A stretch of 64,000 nucleotides of DNA from an uncultured bacterium (GTDB lineage Bacteria; Patescibacteriota; Minisyncoccia; Phycocordibacterales; PALSA-1337): the NCBI GenBank assembly GCA_903839725.1, contig CAIMDG010000003.1, positions 31,829 through 95,828 of the forward strand, written 5' to 3'. How positions within the stretch are numbered: position 1 is the first letter of the stretch; every line of letters starts with the position of its first letter. The translations under genes and the position numbers were made by a program. This document shows positions 19,690 to 29,891 of the stretch, piece after piece. The notes below the pieces were generated by a model. The model saw only the letters and a program-made list of their open reading frames with translations. It was not told the origin of the DNA and ran no database searches.

Positions 19690-19855
19690 AGATATATCAT
19701 ACTACAGATTCAGTTGATGATATTTAAGTATAAAAATTAAAATGTATACGTTTAGCTTCAAATAAGGTATACTTATTTCATTATGGCAAAAAGAGCATCA
19801 GTTCAAATCAAGGCATCACGTTCACGCAAGACTGCAAAGCGTCTCGCAAAGAAGC

Positions 19856-20419
19856 ATGCTTGGAGAAACAAGAAATAATCACGAAGTGGCAGTATTCGCC
19901 AATGGATGTTTCTGGTGTACAGAAGCAGTTTTTTTGTCGTTGAAGGGTATTTCCTCAGTTACTTCTGGGTATAGTGGTGGGATAGTGCCACATCCAACGT
20001 ATGAACAAGTAAGTAGTGGTAATACCGGACACGCTGAATGTATTAAAATAGAATTTGATTCCTCAGTTATTTCATACGATGATTTACTCGCGGTATTTTT
20101 TAATACACACAACCCGACAACATTAAATAGACAAGGGAACGACGTCGGCACTCAATATCGATCAGCTATTTTTTACACAAGTGAAGATCAAAAACAAAAA
20201 GCTCTTGGATTGGTTGCGGAACTGAATTCATCGAAAGCATACGATATGCTAGTAGTTACTGAGGTTGTGCCATTGCAAGAATTCTATTCAGCAGAAGAAT
20301 ATCATGCGCAGTATTACGCAAAGCATTCAAGCCAGCCGTATTGTCAGCTTGTTATTGCACCAAAGTTAGAGAAATTGCAAAAACAATTTGCGAATTTATT
20401 GAAAGTATCTAGTAATTAA
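19856..20419 (+). CDS. msrA: Peptide methionine-S-sulfoxide reductase
   Basis: GCFWC active site. Confidence 0.9.
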   Translation: MLGETRNNHEVAVFANGCFWCTEAVFLSLKGISSVTSGYSGGIVPHPTYEQVSSGNTGHAECIKIEFDSSVISYDDLLAVFFNTHNPTTLNRQGNDVGTQYRSAIFYTSEDQKQKALGLVAELNSSKAYDMLVVTEVVPLQEFYSAEEYHAQYYAKHSSQPYCQLVIAPKLEKLQKQFANLLKVSSN

Positions 20420-20446
20420 CTTTTGTAATTTTGGTATACTACTTAT

Positions 20447-20854
20447 ATGAACGAAGAAGAACTCAAAAAGAAATTAACACCTGAGCAATATCGTGTACTT
20501 CGTGAAAAGGGAACGGAGCTTCCATTTTATGGTAAGTATGTTCACGAGACTGCTGATGGTATGTATGTGTGTGTTGTGTGTGGCAATCAACTTTTTTCTT
20601 CAAAAGCGAAATTTGATTCAGGGACAGGGTGGCCATCATTCGATCAAGCATTACCGGGAGCTGTTATTCTCAAAACGGATACGTCACATGGCATGAATCG
20701 CACAGAAGTGCTTTGCTCAGGTTGTGCGTCTCATCTCGGACATCTATTCAATGATGGTCCTACAGCAACGGGTCAGAGATATTGTATGAATTCAGTGTGT
20801 TTTGATCTTGTGCCAAAAGACACGAAACCTCGGGGAAAAACTGTGGAATTATAG
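20447..20854 (+). CDS. msrB: Peptide methionine-R-sulfoxide reductase
   Basis: Two CxxC zinc motifs (CVVCGNQLF, CSGCASHLGHLF) and a SelR domain. Confidence 0.9.
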   Translation: MNEEELKKKLTPEQYRVLREKGTELPFYGKYVHETADGMYVCVVCGNQLFSSKAKFDSGTGWPSFDQALPGAVILKTDTSHGMNRTEVLCSGCASHLGHLFNDGPTATGQRYCMNSVCFDLVPKDTKPRGKTVEL

Positions 20855-20883
20855 CTGCCCCCTAGGTACGAAATATATTGAAA

Positions 20884-21825
20884 TTAATTAAGCGGAATCT
20901 GACACGCAGTCTTTAGTTCTGTAATGTCGGCAGTTGTTGGTGTATCATTTTCGCTCGAATTTAGCTTGTACATGATGGCCTTTGGATCATCGACATGGTT
21001 GAGACCGAGTGCATGTCCAAGTTCATGTGCAAGGACTCGAATAAGGCGAGCCTTAGTATCAAATTGGTATATAGCGATAGTCCTCGTACCATTATCTTCA
21101 ATATATTCTCCCTCATTAAACTCTTTTCCAGTTGATGCTCCAATAGTATTGTATGTTTGTACTTTTGTATTCAAGTCAAGTGCCATTCGGTTCAATTTCT
21201 CAGCCAATGAATTAACATCCTGGATCAATTGATTGAGTGTTTGTTGTAAATTTTGAATAGAGGCCATATCTTGTTCCAGATTCATTTTTTTATTTTGTAA
21301 CAAAGCATATTGATTTTTGTCTGCTCCACCACGACTATTCCAGTAAGATACTTCTTGTTCATATGTAGCATTATCTGCTTGGAATGAGGACATGGCATTT
21401 TCTACTGATATTTTTTGTCTCGCATATTCAGCAACTTTTTTTTGATATGTTGCATTGAGTACGTCGTAATTTGTTTTATTTGCATCGATAACGGTCCCGA
21501 TAGTATCTAGTGTATCTGTTGTTTGTTGTCGGGCATCGTAGATGAGATTGATCTCTACACTTCCAGAGTTTGAATATGCAAATAGTTTTCTATTCAACGT
21601 TTTTTCCCATATAGTTGCAGCAGTGTTGATGTCATCAGTAAACTCACTCTGACTTACATTGAAACCTGAATCAATTGATCCAATATGGTATGTGAGAGGT
21701 TTCGTGCAAGGTTGAAAAGATACAAAAATATTTTGATATTGTTGTATCAGAGAGTTTCGAAAAAAATATCCGATACCAAGTATGACGATGACAACTACAA
21801 GTGTCCTCTGGAGATTTTTATTCAT
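20884..21825 (-). CDS. Membrane-anchored metzincin (matrixin-like) zinc metalloprotease
   Basis: HELGHALGLNH (HExxHxxGxxH) followed by a Met-turn (AIMY). N-terminal TM helix. Confidence 0.7.
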   Translation of the reverse strand: MNKNLQRTLVVVIVILGIGYFFRNSLIQQYQNIFVSFQPCTKPLTYHIGSIDSGFNVSQSEFTDDINTAATIWEKTLNRKLFAYSNSGSVEINLIYDARQQTTDTLDTIGTVIDANKTNYDVLNATYQKKVAEYARQKISVENAMSSFQADNATYEQEVSYWNSRGGADKNQYALLQNKKMNLEQDMASIQNLQQTLNQLIQDVNSLAEKLNRMALDLNTKVQTYNTIGASTGKEFNEGEYIEDNGTRTIAIYQFDTKARLIRVLAHELGHALGLNHVDDPKAIMYKLNSSENDTPTTADITELKTACQIPLN

Positions 21826-21904
21826 AGGAGTGTACTACAAGTATACCGTGAAGAACCTCAAAACATAATAGTGAGTTGCGTGTTTCTGTGTATAAAATAT
21901 TGAT

Positions 21905-22285
21905 TTATACAAAATAATAGAGAAGGACCACCACTATAACGATACTCAAGAATAGATACACCGTTGGCTTGAACCCTTTGTCATACACAGCAAGCTCAAC
22001 AGGGCGGTCTCCAGGAAGAAGTAATGAAGGAATATATTCATCAACAATAAGACCAAGACCAAGACCGAGCAGTGCCCAGATGTACATATTTTGGGTATGT
22101 GTCAGTAACATGATGATGACAGCAATCATGGTGAATACTACTCCGAAGTGAAGATGGTGAACCTGGAGACCGCTCTTTGTTCTGGTGAATGGAGTGTTGA
22201 ATGTATGCTTTGCGATATAGAAGAGAGTTCTCCAATAAATCATTGGTGCACAGAAAGCAATCAAGAACAGTAATACGGTGTTCAT
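21905..22285 (-). CDS. Hypothetical membrane protein
   Basis: 126 aa, four predicted TM helices. Confidence 0.45.
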   Translation of the reverse strand: MNTVLLFLIAFCAPMIYWRTLFYIAKHTFNTPFTRTKSGLQVHHLHFGVVFTMIAVIIMLLTHTQNMYIWALLGLGLGLIVDEYIPSLLLPGDRPVELAVYDKGFKPTVYLFLSIVIVVVLLYYFV

Positions 22286-22292
22286 GTATAGC

Positions 22293-23711
22293 TTAATTTC
22301 GCTTCTTCTTTAGCTCAATACCCAATTCTTTGAGTTGTCGGTCAGCGATGATCGAAGGTGCTTCCATCATAAGGTCTTTACCTTCTCCTGTTTTTGCAAA
22401 AGCGATAACTTCACGAATAGAAGATTCATTGTTGAGTAAGGTGACAAGACGATCCAATCCCCATGCAATACCACCGTGTGGAGGAGTTCCTGATGCGAGT
22501 GCGCGAAGCATGTGGCCGAAGTTTGATTCAATTTGTTCATTGGGATATCCCATGATCTCAAAAACACGCTTCAAGGCTTCTGGATTGTGGTTACGAATAC
22601 TTCCACCACCTATCTCAAAACCATTCAAGACAACGTCGTATTGAGTTGTGAGAATTGATCCAACATCCTGTTTACTCATGAGTTTGTCTGCATGCTCAGG
22701 TTGAGGTGCTGAAAATGGGTTGTGTGTGAATGTCCAACCTCCTTCCTCAGTCTTTTCGAAGAATGGGAAATCAATAACCCAACAAAATGCAAGAAGATTT
22801 GGATCATTTTTGTCAGTACGAATATCTGGACGGTCAGATTTGTATTTTTCCATTGCTTCCTTATAGGTGATACGAGGGAATGGAAGAGATTGTATTTTTT
22901 TGTGAGGAAAAAGTTTGGTGACAATTTCGATGAGAAGTTTTTCATTCACAGCCATAACATCTTCACGATCAACGAAACTCATTTCGAGGTCCATTTGTGT
23001 GAACTCTGGCTGACGGTCTGAGCGAGTATCTTCATCACGGAAACAGCGGGCGATCTGGAAGTATTTTTCGAATCCAGCAACCATGAGTAGTTGTTTGTAT
23101 TGCTGAGGTGATTGAGGAAGGGCATAGAATTTACCATTTTCAAGACGAGATGGAACTACATAGTCACGTGCACCTTCAGGAGTTGATTTTGTGAGGATAG
23201 GAGTTTCGATTTCAGTGAATCCTTCTGTATCAAGAAAATCTCGAACATATTTGATGATCTTGTGGCGTGTACGAATATTGTGTTGTGCGCGAGGACGGCG
23301 TAAGTCGAGGTAACGATACTTGAGTCTTGTTTCTTCATTGATATCATCTCCATTACCATGAATATCAAATACTGGAGTTTCTGCTTCGTTCAAAACTTCG
23401 AGTTTTTTTAATTCGATTTCAATGTCACCGTTCATTTCGATTTCGCCAGTCTCTTTGTTCTTTGAGATCATGCGCTCTGGACGTTTGTTGATGATGCCTG
23501 TTACACGGACGACCCATTCTGAGCGAACCTTGTTTGCAACTTCATGAGCTTCTTTATTGTTCGGCAATGCCACTGACTGAACTTTACCTGTCATATCTCT
23601 GAAATCAATAAAAATAAGCTTTCCATGGTCGCGACGAACGTCAACCCAGCCAGAAACTGAGACTTCTTGACCTACGTGATCTTTGAGATCTTTGATATAT
23701 GTTCTTTTCAT
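22293..23711 (-). CDS. aspS: Aspartyl-tRNA synthetase (short archaeal/eukaryal-type; presumably non-discriminating given gatB)
   Basis: Class II motifs (FEKYFQIARCFRDED, GGGSIR) and an N-terminal OB fold. Confidence 0.9.
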   Translation of the reverse strand: MKRTYIKDLKDHVGQEVSVSGWVDVRRDHGKLIFIDFRDMTGKVQSVALPNNKEAHEVANKVRSEWVVRVTGIINKRPERMISKNKETGEIEMNGDIEIELKKLEVLNEAETPVFDIHGNGDDINEETRLKYRYLDLRRPRAQHNIRTRHKIIKYVRDFLDTEGFTEIETPILTKSTPEGARDYVVPSRLENGKFYALPQSPQQYKQLLMVAGFEKYFQIARCFRDEDTRSDRQPEFTQMDLEMSFVDREDVMAVNEKLLIEIVTKLFPHKKIQSLPFPRITYKEAMEKYKSDRPDIRTDKNDPNLLAFCWVIDFPFFEKTEEGGWTFTHNPFSAPQPEHADKLMSKQDVGSILTTQYDVVLNGFEIGGGSIRNHNPEALKRVFEIMGYPNEQIESNFGHMLRALASGTPPHGGIAWGLDRLVTLLNNESSIREVIAFAKTGEGKDLMMEAPSIIADRQLKELGIELKKKRN

Positions 23712-23771
23712 GAGATGTACTATAGCATTTTACGTCTAAAGCTCAAAGATGAGAGGTGATATACTGTATAT

Positions 23772-24062
23772 ATGAATAATGATTCAAAAAAGGAACTTTG
23801 GTTTAGGGCAAAGCGCTATGGTTGGGGCTGGTATCCTATTAGTTGGCAAGGATGGGTTATTACGATCCTATATATTCTTATATTGATTCGATACGGCATA
23901 CGTGCAGATAATTATGCTCATTCGAATAGTGATTTTTTGATAGGTTTTTCCATCCCATTTATTATCTCGACAGTTCTTTTTCTCGTTGTATGTTATTGGA
24001 AAGGTGAGTATCCACATTGGAGTTGGGGTGATTCAAAAAAGGATACTGATACAAATACATAA
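23772..24062 (+). CDS. Small hypothetical membrane protein
   Basis: 96 aa, two TM helices, Trp-rich. Confidence 0.35.
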   Translation: MNNDSKKELWFRAKRYGWGWYPISWQGWVITILYILILIRYGIRADNYAHSNSDFLIGFSIPFIISTVLFLVVCYWKGEYPHWSWGDSKKDTDTNT

Positions 24063-24073
24063 GTGCATTTTGT

Positions 24074-24841
24074 ATGAAAAGGACATCCGCAACCAATTCT
24101 CGGCACACTCCTCATGCATTACGAGCAGAATCAGTGCTCGCTGAACTCAAGAAGCACGCTGATCCTATTAAAGCAAAAATTCTCTCTGGATTTTTCAAGA
24201 CAGGGAAAGGGGAATACGGTGAAGGAGATCAATTCTTGGGTATAACAGTCCCTATTCAAAGAAAGATTGCACAAGAATACAAAGATATAGAATTACGTGA
24301 AGTTGAGAAACTTATGCAAAGCCCATTCCATGAAGCGCGATTGACTGGTCTTCTTATTCTCGTCTATAAAATAAAGAATTCGAATGAATTGACGCACAAA
24401 GCAGTTTTTGATTTTTATTTGCGTCATACTGCATCCGTAAATAATTGGGATTTGGTTGATAGTACCGCTCGAGATATCGTTGGTGGGTATATATTTGAAT
24501 ATACAAAAGATAAAAAGATACTTTACAAACTGGTCCGATCAAAACAGATATGGGAACGACGCATTGCTATTATTGCTACATTTTATTTCATAGCAAGAAA
24601 TGATTTTGAGGATACGATCAAGATTTCAGAGATATTAATGAGTGACACTCATGATTTGATTCACAAGGCTGTTGGATGGATGCTCCGAGAAATGGGAAAG
24701 CGTGATCAAAAAATATTGATTTCATTTCTAGAAAAACACGCACATAAAATGCCGCGAACAATGCTGAGATATTCAATTGAAAGATTTTCACCAGATATCA
24801 GACGAACATATTTACGTGCTACATCTAGTATAATCAAGTAA
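24074..24841 (+). CDS. DNA alkylation repair protein (AlkD/AlkC-like HEAT-repeat glycosylase family)
   Basis: LKKHADPIKAKILSGFFKTGKGEYGEGDQFLGITVP is characteristic of the DNA_alkylation family. Confidence 0.7.
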   Translation: MKRTSATNSRHTPHALRAESVLAELKKHADPIKAKILSGFFKTGKGEYGEGDQFLGITVPIQRKIAQEYKDIELREVEKLMQSPFHEARLTGLLILVYKIKNSNELTHKAVFDFYLRHTASVNNWDLVDSTARDIVGGYIFEYTKDKKILYKLVRSKQIWERRIAIIATFYFIARNDFEDTIKISEILMSDTHDLIHKAVGWMLREMGKRDQKILISFLEKHAHKMPRTMLRYSIERFSPDIRRTYLRATSSIIK

Positions 24842-25299
24842 TGAAAAAAACAATCTTAATTATTGTTGCGATTATTCTGGTAATTGTTGTAGGCATTATT
24901 TTGCTAACAAACAAACCATTAAAGCAGAGTGAAATCCTGACCGTTCATTATTCTGGTACAAATGCTAGTACATCTATACTGGTTGATTCCATAGCTCCTG
25001 GAGATTTTATATCATCTCCATTGAATATAACTGGCAAAGCTCGCGGCTGGTATTTTGAAGGAAGTTTTCCGGTGTCTCTTGTTGATGGTGACGGACTCAT
25101 AATTGCAAATGGCATTGCTCAAGCAAAAGGAGATTGGATGACCAGTGAGTTTGTGCCTTTTGAAACAAAAATCGTCTTCGTAAAGCCAGCCAATGCAAGT
25201 GCTTTTGGAAATAGAGGATCACTCATTCTAAAAAAAGATAATCCTTCAGGAATGCCAGCATATGATGCGTCGATTGAGATTCCTGTTAAATTCAAGTAG
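24841..25299 (+). CDS. Gmad2 immunoglobulin-like domain protein (membrane-anchored)
   Basis: N-terminal TM followed by a Gmad2-like beta domain (ITGKARGWYFEGSFPVSL). Confidence 0.55.
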   Translation: MKKTILIIVAIILVIVVGIILLTNKPLKQSEILTVHYSGTNASTSILVDSIAPGDFISSPLNITGKARGWYFEGSFPVSLVDGDGLIIANGIAQAKGDWMTSEFVPFETKIVFVKPANASAFGNRGSLILKKDNPSGMPAYDASIEIPVKFK

Positions 25300-25308
25300 A
25301 CTAGCACT

Positions 25309-26322
25309 ATGGATATTTCACCAATAATTAAAGAGAAGTCAGCTTCTATTCTCGCAGAAATAAAGAAAGCAAAATCAGTATTACTGCACTGCCACCCATC
25401 ACCAGATCCTGATTCTGTATGTTCTGTATTAGCTATGAAATCAGCACTCGAGCAATTGGGTGTGCACGCAACAATCATTCGCGGGGATTCCACTTCTATT
25501 TCAGGTGGTTTCACTCAGTTTCCTGGAATAGAGACTATTGTTCCTAAAAGTTTTTCAGAAGTTGATCTCAAAGAATTTGATTTGTTCATCATTCTTGATA
25601 GTGGATCACCGAGCATGATTTCGTACAAGAATACTCCCGTATTTCCATTGTCGATCAAAACTATCGCAATTGACCATCATAAGTCGAATCAATCGTATGC
25701 AGATATTAATCTAGTCGATGTGTGTTCATCTACGGCATTTATTCTGCTTCAGTTGTTCATGGAATGGAATATTACAATCACCCGCGATATCGCCTTGAAT
25801 ATCTTTATGGGTATGTACACTGATAGTGGTGGATTCAAGTATGCACCAATTGATTATCGTGTCTTTGAGGCGTGTGCAGCATTGGTCAAAATCGCACCAG
25901 AATATCCTGAGGTGATATTTCACATGGAAAATAGTAATAATAAAGGGTCTGTGTACTTCGAGGCATTAGCATTGAACTCAATTGAACAATTTTTGAATGA
26001 TAATATTGCAATAGCTTCCGTATCATTCAAGCAACTTCAAGAAAAATCGATAGCGCCTGAAGATACGCATAGTGAAATTCCCAATAAACTAAAATCAGTT
26101 GTTGGGTGGAATATCGGTATGGTTCTTACTGAACGAGAGCCTCGATATATTACGGTAAGTATGCGCAGTCGGGATGTGGAAAAGTTTGATGTTTCAAAAT
26201 TAGCAGCAGCTCTTGGCGGAGGAGGTCATCGTGCTGCTGCTGGTATCAGATTTACCGATACGTCACTCGATGATGCAAAGAAGGCAATAGTTGCAAAAGC
26301 CAAAGAATTATATGGCTTGTAA
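25309..26322 (+). CDS. DHH/DHHA1 phosphoesterase (NrnA-like nanoRNase/pAp phosphatase)
   Basis: DHH motif (IDHHKSN) and DHHA1 motif GGGGHRAAAG. Confidence 0.8.
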   Translation: MDISPIIKEKSASILAEIKKAKSVLLHCHPSPDPDSVCSVLAMKSALEQLGVHATIIRGDSTSISGGFTQFPGIETIVPKSFSEVDLKEFDLFIILDSGSPSMISYKNTPVFPLSIKTIAIDHHKSNQSYADINLVDVCSSTAFILLQLFMEWNITITRDIALNIFMGMYTDSGGFKYAPIDYRVFEACAALVKIAPEYPEVIFHMENSNNKGSVYFEALALNSIEQFLNDNIAIASVSFKQLQEKSIAPEDTHSEIPNKLKSVVGWNIGMVLTEREPRYITVSMRSRDVEKFDVSKLAAALGGGGHRAAAGIRFTDTSLDDAKKAIVAKAKELYGL

Positions 26323-26364
26323 AAAATGAGAATCAGAGTGTAAAATAGAGTACGTAATTTTTTA

Positions 26365-27057
26365 TTGAGTAAACATATGAATAAAACAAATATATTGGTA
26401 TGGGGTATTATTATCGTGATTATTGTTCTCGCGGGAATTCAGTGGGTACAGAATTCTAAAGTAAGAGAAACAGTGCCTATTATTTCAAATTCGAGCACTA
26501 CTTTATCAACGGCAACATCATCTAGTACTGATCAATTAATAGCAACTACTACTAAAACTACATCTATGAATCCACAATCAGCTCACACGGTTACTATCGA
26601 GACAAATAAGGGAATTATCGTTATTGAAACATATGATACCGATGCACCAAAGACTGTGCAGAATTTTATTACGTTGGCTCAAAAGGGATTTTATAATGGA
26701 GTGATTTTCCACCGTGTTATCGAAGGTTTCATGATTCAAGGTGGCGATCCAACAGGTACAGGAATGGGTGGGGCAGGATATACAATTCCTGATGAACTTA
26801 ATCCAAATGCACCATCATTTAAGAACGGATATGTTCGTGGTGTAGTCGCTATGGCGAATACTGGCCGACCAAATACTGGTGGTAGTCAATTCTTCATTAT
26901 GCACAAGGATTATCAATTACCTAATACCTATTCAATTTTTGGAAAAGTTATTTCAGGAATGGATGTTGTTGATGCAATTGCAACTACACAAACTGGTCCC
27001 GGAGATAAGCCGGTGAGTGATATTGTGATGAAGAAGGTGACTGTGGCGGCAAAGTAA
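26365..27057 (+). CDS. Cyclophilin-type peptidyl-prolyl cis-trans isomerase, membrane-anchored with a Ser/Thr-rich linker
   Basis: VIFHRVIEGFMIQGGDPTGTGMGG. Confidence 0.9.
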   Translation: MSKHMNKTNILVWGIIIVIIVLAGIQWVQNSKVRETVPIISNSSTTLSTATSSSTDQLIATTTKTTSMNPQSAHTVTIETNKGIIVIETYDTDAPKTVQNFITLAQKGFYNGVIFHRVIEGFMIQGGDPTGTGMGGAGYTIPDELNPNAPSFKNGYVRGVVAMANTGRPNTGGSQFFIMHKDYQLPNTYSIFGKVISGMDVVDAIATTQTGPGDKPVSDIVMKKVTVAAK

Positions 27058-27075
27058 TACATTCAATATTTTTTA

Positions 27076-27107
27076 AAAACAGTAGTTCAGTGAGCTACTG
27101 TTTTTAA
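27076..27107. terminator. Bidirectional terminator hairpin after the PPIase gene
   Basis: AAAAACAGTAG-TTCAGTGAG-CTACTGTTTTT. Confidence 0.6.
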
Positions 27108-27126
27108 TTGGGAACATGCGACAGAA

Positions 27127-27243
27127 CCCCTCCACAACAGCCTGAATAAAACATCCGTGACGATATTAGATACGTGCCTGAAGAATAACGTAATGAGACG
27201 ATATCCCGCTGGGAATTGTTTTATTCAGGCTGTTGTGGAGAGG
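27127..27243. repeat. Long palindromic element: 24-bp perfect inverted arms (CCTCCACAACAGCCTGAATAAAACA) around a ~63-nt core containing a GACGATAT direct repeat
   Basis: Read directly: 27129-27153 against 27217-27240 (plus imperfect extensions). Confidence 0.7.
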
Positions 27244-27280
27244 TTCTTTACACTTGTTATATTTTATTGTAGGATTTGAT

Positions 27281-27670
27281 ATGAAAGGACATATCATGCT
27301 AAAAATCAATACATTCTTTGTGGAAATGTCGGGGACCATTCTTAACAGCCGGATTGCTGAATTGCTTGGGTCAGACGCTAGTGAACTCGCGTGTTCCAAG
27401 CGCCACGCACTAAATGACAAAGAGATTCAAGTATATCCTCTCGACCTCGAGAAGATGAAAAAACTTGAAGAGAGTCGCGTCTCTGAAGGTTTCAAGTTTG
27501 TTGCATACCGTGAAATCCGGGACAGTGGCAAAATTATTGAAATCGAACATCTCGGCAAATATTTGAGTGCCACCTCACAGGCCTCTGAAAATGCTGTTAT
27601 CAGAAGGACTGAATCTCAGTTGCGTAAAGTTTTGAAGCGTCGCAAGAAAAAGCTGCGCACTACCGTCTGA
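27281..27670 (+). CDS. Hypothetical protein with a basic C-terminus
   Basis: The track ORF begins inside the palindrome arm at 27233; the start was moved to MKGHIM. Followed by a terminator. Confidence 0.4.
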   Translation: MKGHIMLKINTFFVEMSGTILNSRIAELLGSDASELACSKRHALNDKEIQVYPLDLEKMKKLEESRVSEGFKFVAYREIRDSGKIIEIEHLGKYLSATSQASENAVIRRTESQLRKVLKRRKKKLRTTV

Positions 27671-27686
27671 ATTAGCCAGCTCGAAT

Positions 27687-27716
27687 TTCAACCCCATCGC
27701 CCAGAAGCGACGGGGT
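27687..27716 (+). terminator. Rho-independent terminator
   Basis: CCCCATCGC-CCAGAA-GCGACGGGG (one mismatch) followed by TATTTTTTT. Confidence 0.65.
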
Positions 27717-27816
27717 ATTTTTTTGGTTATCAACAAATGATGAACATCAGAATATACCGTAATGTGATAATCTACATGTATAAGCGTCATTATTCTAATA
27801 AATTATATCTACATAT

Positions 27817-29019
27817 ATGGATCAAAATCCTTCAGAGCAAGTAAATCCAGCGCCAGTAATAAGTGCCACGCCTCCAATAAGTCCAAAAGCAAAGGGTAAT
27901 ACGATGAAGGAGCTCATATTGATCATAGTTCTCTTGGTGGTTTTGGCCGGAGTCTCATATGGGTCATATTGGGGCTACAGTGTGTATCAAACAAAGCAGA
28001 TTACGCTGAGTAAGGTATTCACCACCATGGCGAATCATATCAAGAATGGTGATATCAAGAGTGCAGAGATTACATCTGCTATTGAAGTTACTGTTGCTGG
28101 AGGAAATTCTGTTGGTGCAGATTCAAGTAGTCAATATTCAGAAGCACTCTCTCAGATAAATAACATAAAAACAAATATTTCTTTTAACGGTATCTTGGAT
28201 GGAACCACAAAAGGATCTGTTAATTCATATGGTAAGTTAACAATAGATTTGAACATTGATGCAAAATCAGGTTCACCATATGCCTCAATATCTGGAGCAG
28301 GACCACTCGCAATTGAACTTGAATATTATGCATTTCCCGGTTCAACATACTTTAAAATAAATAAAGTTCCTTCTTTTGCAGGTATGTATCTTGCTATGGT
28401 TGGTATCAATCTTTCAGAATATCTCAATACGTGGATTCTCGTCGATCAAAAGAGTGTCGATGCTTTCAGTAAAAGTTTTGTGAAAAATGACACTAAGATG
28501 TCTATTGAAGAGGCTGAAAAGGTTCAGGGTGCAGTTGTAGAATTCTTGGATAGAAGTGGGGCTTTCAGTATTACTGATACAAAAGATGAAACAACAGTAG
28601 ATGGTAAGTCTGTCACCGCATTGTATATATCAATGAATAATGAAAAGTTTTTGACGGGGCTTGTTAAGTTGGTAAAAGATATGAAAGAAATATTCCCAAC
28701 AGAGTTGGCAACTGTTGATACTGAAAAATTATCGGATAGTCCAGAGTTACTGAAGAGTTTGAAAGATATTTCTATTACCAACTTTAAGTTACTTGTTGGT
28801 TCTGATGGATATTTCTACGGAAACAGTGCTCTGGTTACTATTGCTGCCTCTGGTTCAACTCCTCTTATTACGGAATCATTGAGTGACAGTATTACGAATT
28901 ACAATAAAGAATTTAATTTGCAAAAACCTGCAGGCGCTAGAGATATCAATTTGATATTGATGGAGATTCAAGCTGCAATGCAGAAGAGTTCAGTAAAGGC
29001 GTCAGTTATAAAGAAATAA
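27817..29019 (+). CDS. Hypothetical membrane-anchored extracytoplasmic protein
   Basis: 400 aa. An N-terminal Pro-rich segment, one TM helix, then a beta-rich Ser/Thr/Asn-rich ectodomain. Confidence 0.5.
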   Translation: MDQNPSEQVNPAPVISATPPISPKAKGNTMKELILIIVLLVVLAGVSYGSYWGYSVYQTKQITLSKVFTTMANHIKNGDIKSAEITSAIEVTVAGGNSVGADSSSQYSEALSQINNIKTNISFNGILDGTTKGSVNSYGKLTIDLNIDAKSGSPYASISGAGPLAIELEYYAFPGSTYFKINKVPSFAGMYLAMVGINLSEYLNTWILVDQKSVDAFSKSFVKNDTKMSIEEAEKVQGAVVEFLDRSGAFSITDTKDETTVDGKSVTALYISMNNEKFLTGLVKLVKDMKEIFPTELATVDTEKLSDSPELLKSLKDISITNFKLLVGSDGYFYGNSALVTIAASGSTPLITESLSDSITNYNKEFNLQKPAGARDINLILMEIQAAMQKSSVKASVIKK

Positions 29020-29028
29020 AAACGGTTT

Positions 29029-29066
29029 ATAAAAATCCCACATCAATAGAGATGTGGGATTTTTAT
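29029..29066 (+). terminator. Rho-independent terminator (15-bp perfect stem)
   Basis: ATAAAAATCCCACAT-CAATAGAG-ATGTGGGATTTTTAT. Confidence 0.65.
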
Positions 29067-29094
29067 ATACATTTAATAATGATAGAATACCTTC

Positions 29095-29862
29095 ATGTCA
29101 GACTATTACAATTCTCGCCGAACCAAATATCTCTTTGATCCAAAGAGCACAGAACCATTCAAAGTCAGTCGTTCAAAGATTGATCTATTCATGAATTGTC
29201 CGATGTGCTTTTATCTTGATTGTAGGCTTGGTGTAGGACGTCCACCAGGTTTTCCATTCGCGCTCAACTCGGCCGTAGATACTCTACTTAAGAAGGAGTT
29301 TGATATTCATCGTGCCAAGAAGCGCCCGCATCCTCTGATGCACGCATACGGCTTGAAAGACGTGGTTCCGTTCATGCACGAAGACCTCGATATCTGGAGA
29401 AGTAACTTCAAGGGTATTCGATATGTCCATGAACCAAGTAATTTGTTGGTAACTGGTGCGGTTGATGATGTGTGGGTTGATTCAAAAGGGGAATTGATGA
29501 TCGTTGATTATAAGTCGACAAGCAAAGAAGAAAAGGTGAATCTCGACAAAGAATGGCAGATTGGTTACAAGCGCCAGATGGAAGTATATCAATGGCTTTT
29601 TAGAAATAATGGTTTCAAGGTTTCTTCAACGGGATATTTTGTCTATTGCAACGGCAAAACTGATCGCGAAGCATTCGATGCGAAACTCGAGTTTGATATA
29701 GATGTTATTCCATACACAGGAGATTGTTCATGGGTAGATGAAGTATTGCCCAACATTCGTGCGTGCCTCATGGCCCCAAAACCACCAAAGCCTTCACCTG
29801 TGTGTGATTATTGTTCATATAGAAAATCTTCACGAGATGTACAGGTTGATATCAAGAAATAA
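29095..29862 (+). CDS. PD-(D/E)XK nuclease family protein with Cas4/AddB-like cysteine clusters
   Basis: A D...(I/V)VDYK motif (GAVDDVWVD...LMIVDYKST), an N-terminal CPMCFYLDC and a C-terminal CDYCSYRK. Confidence 0.65.
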   Translation: MSDYYNSRRTKYLFDPKSTEPFKVSRSKIDLFMNCPMCFYLDCRLGVGRPPGFPFALNSAVDTLLKKEFDIHRAKKRPHPLMHAYGLKDVVPFMHEDLDIWRSNFKGIRYVHEPSNLLVTGAVDDVWVDSKGELMIVDYKSTSKEEKVNLDKEWQIGYKRQMEVYQWLFRNNGFKVSSTGYFVYCNGKTDREAFDAKLEFDIDVIPYTGDCSWVDEVLPNIRACLMAPKPPKPSPVCDYCSYRKSSRDVQVDIKK

Positions 29863-29891
29863 AAGATGTTGTATCAAGTAAAAACTATAGT

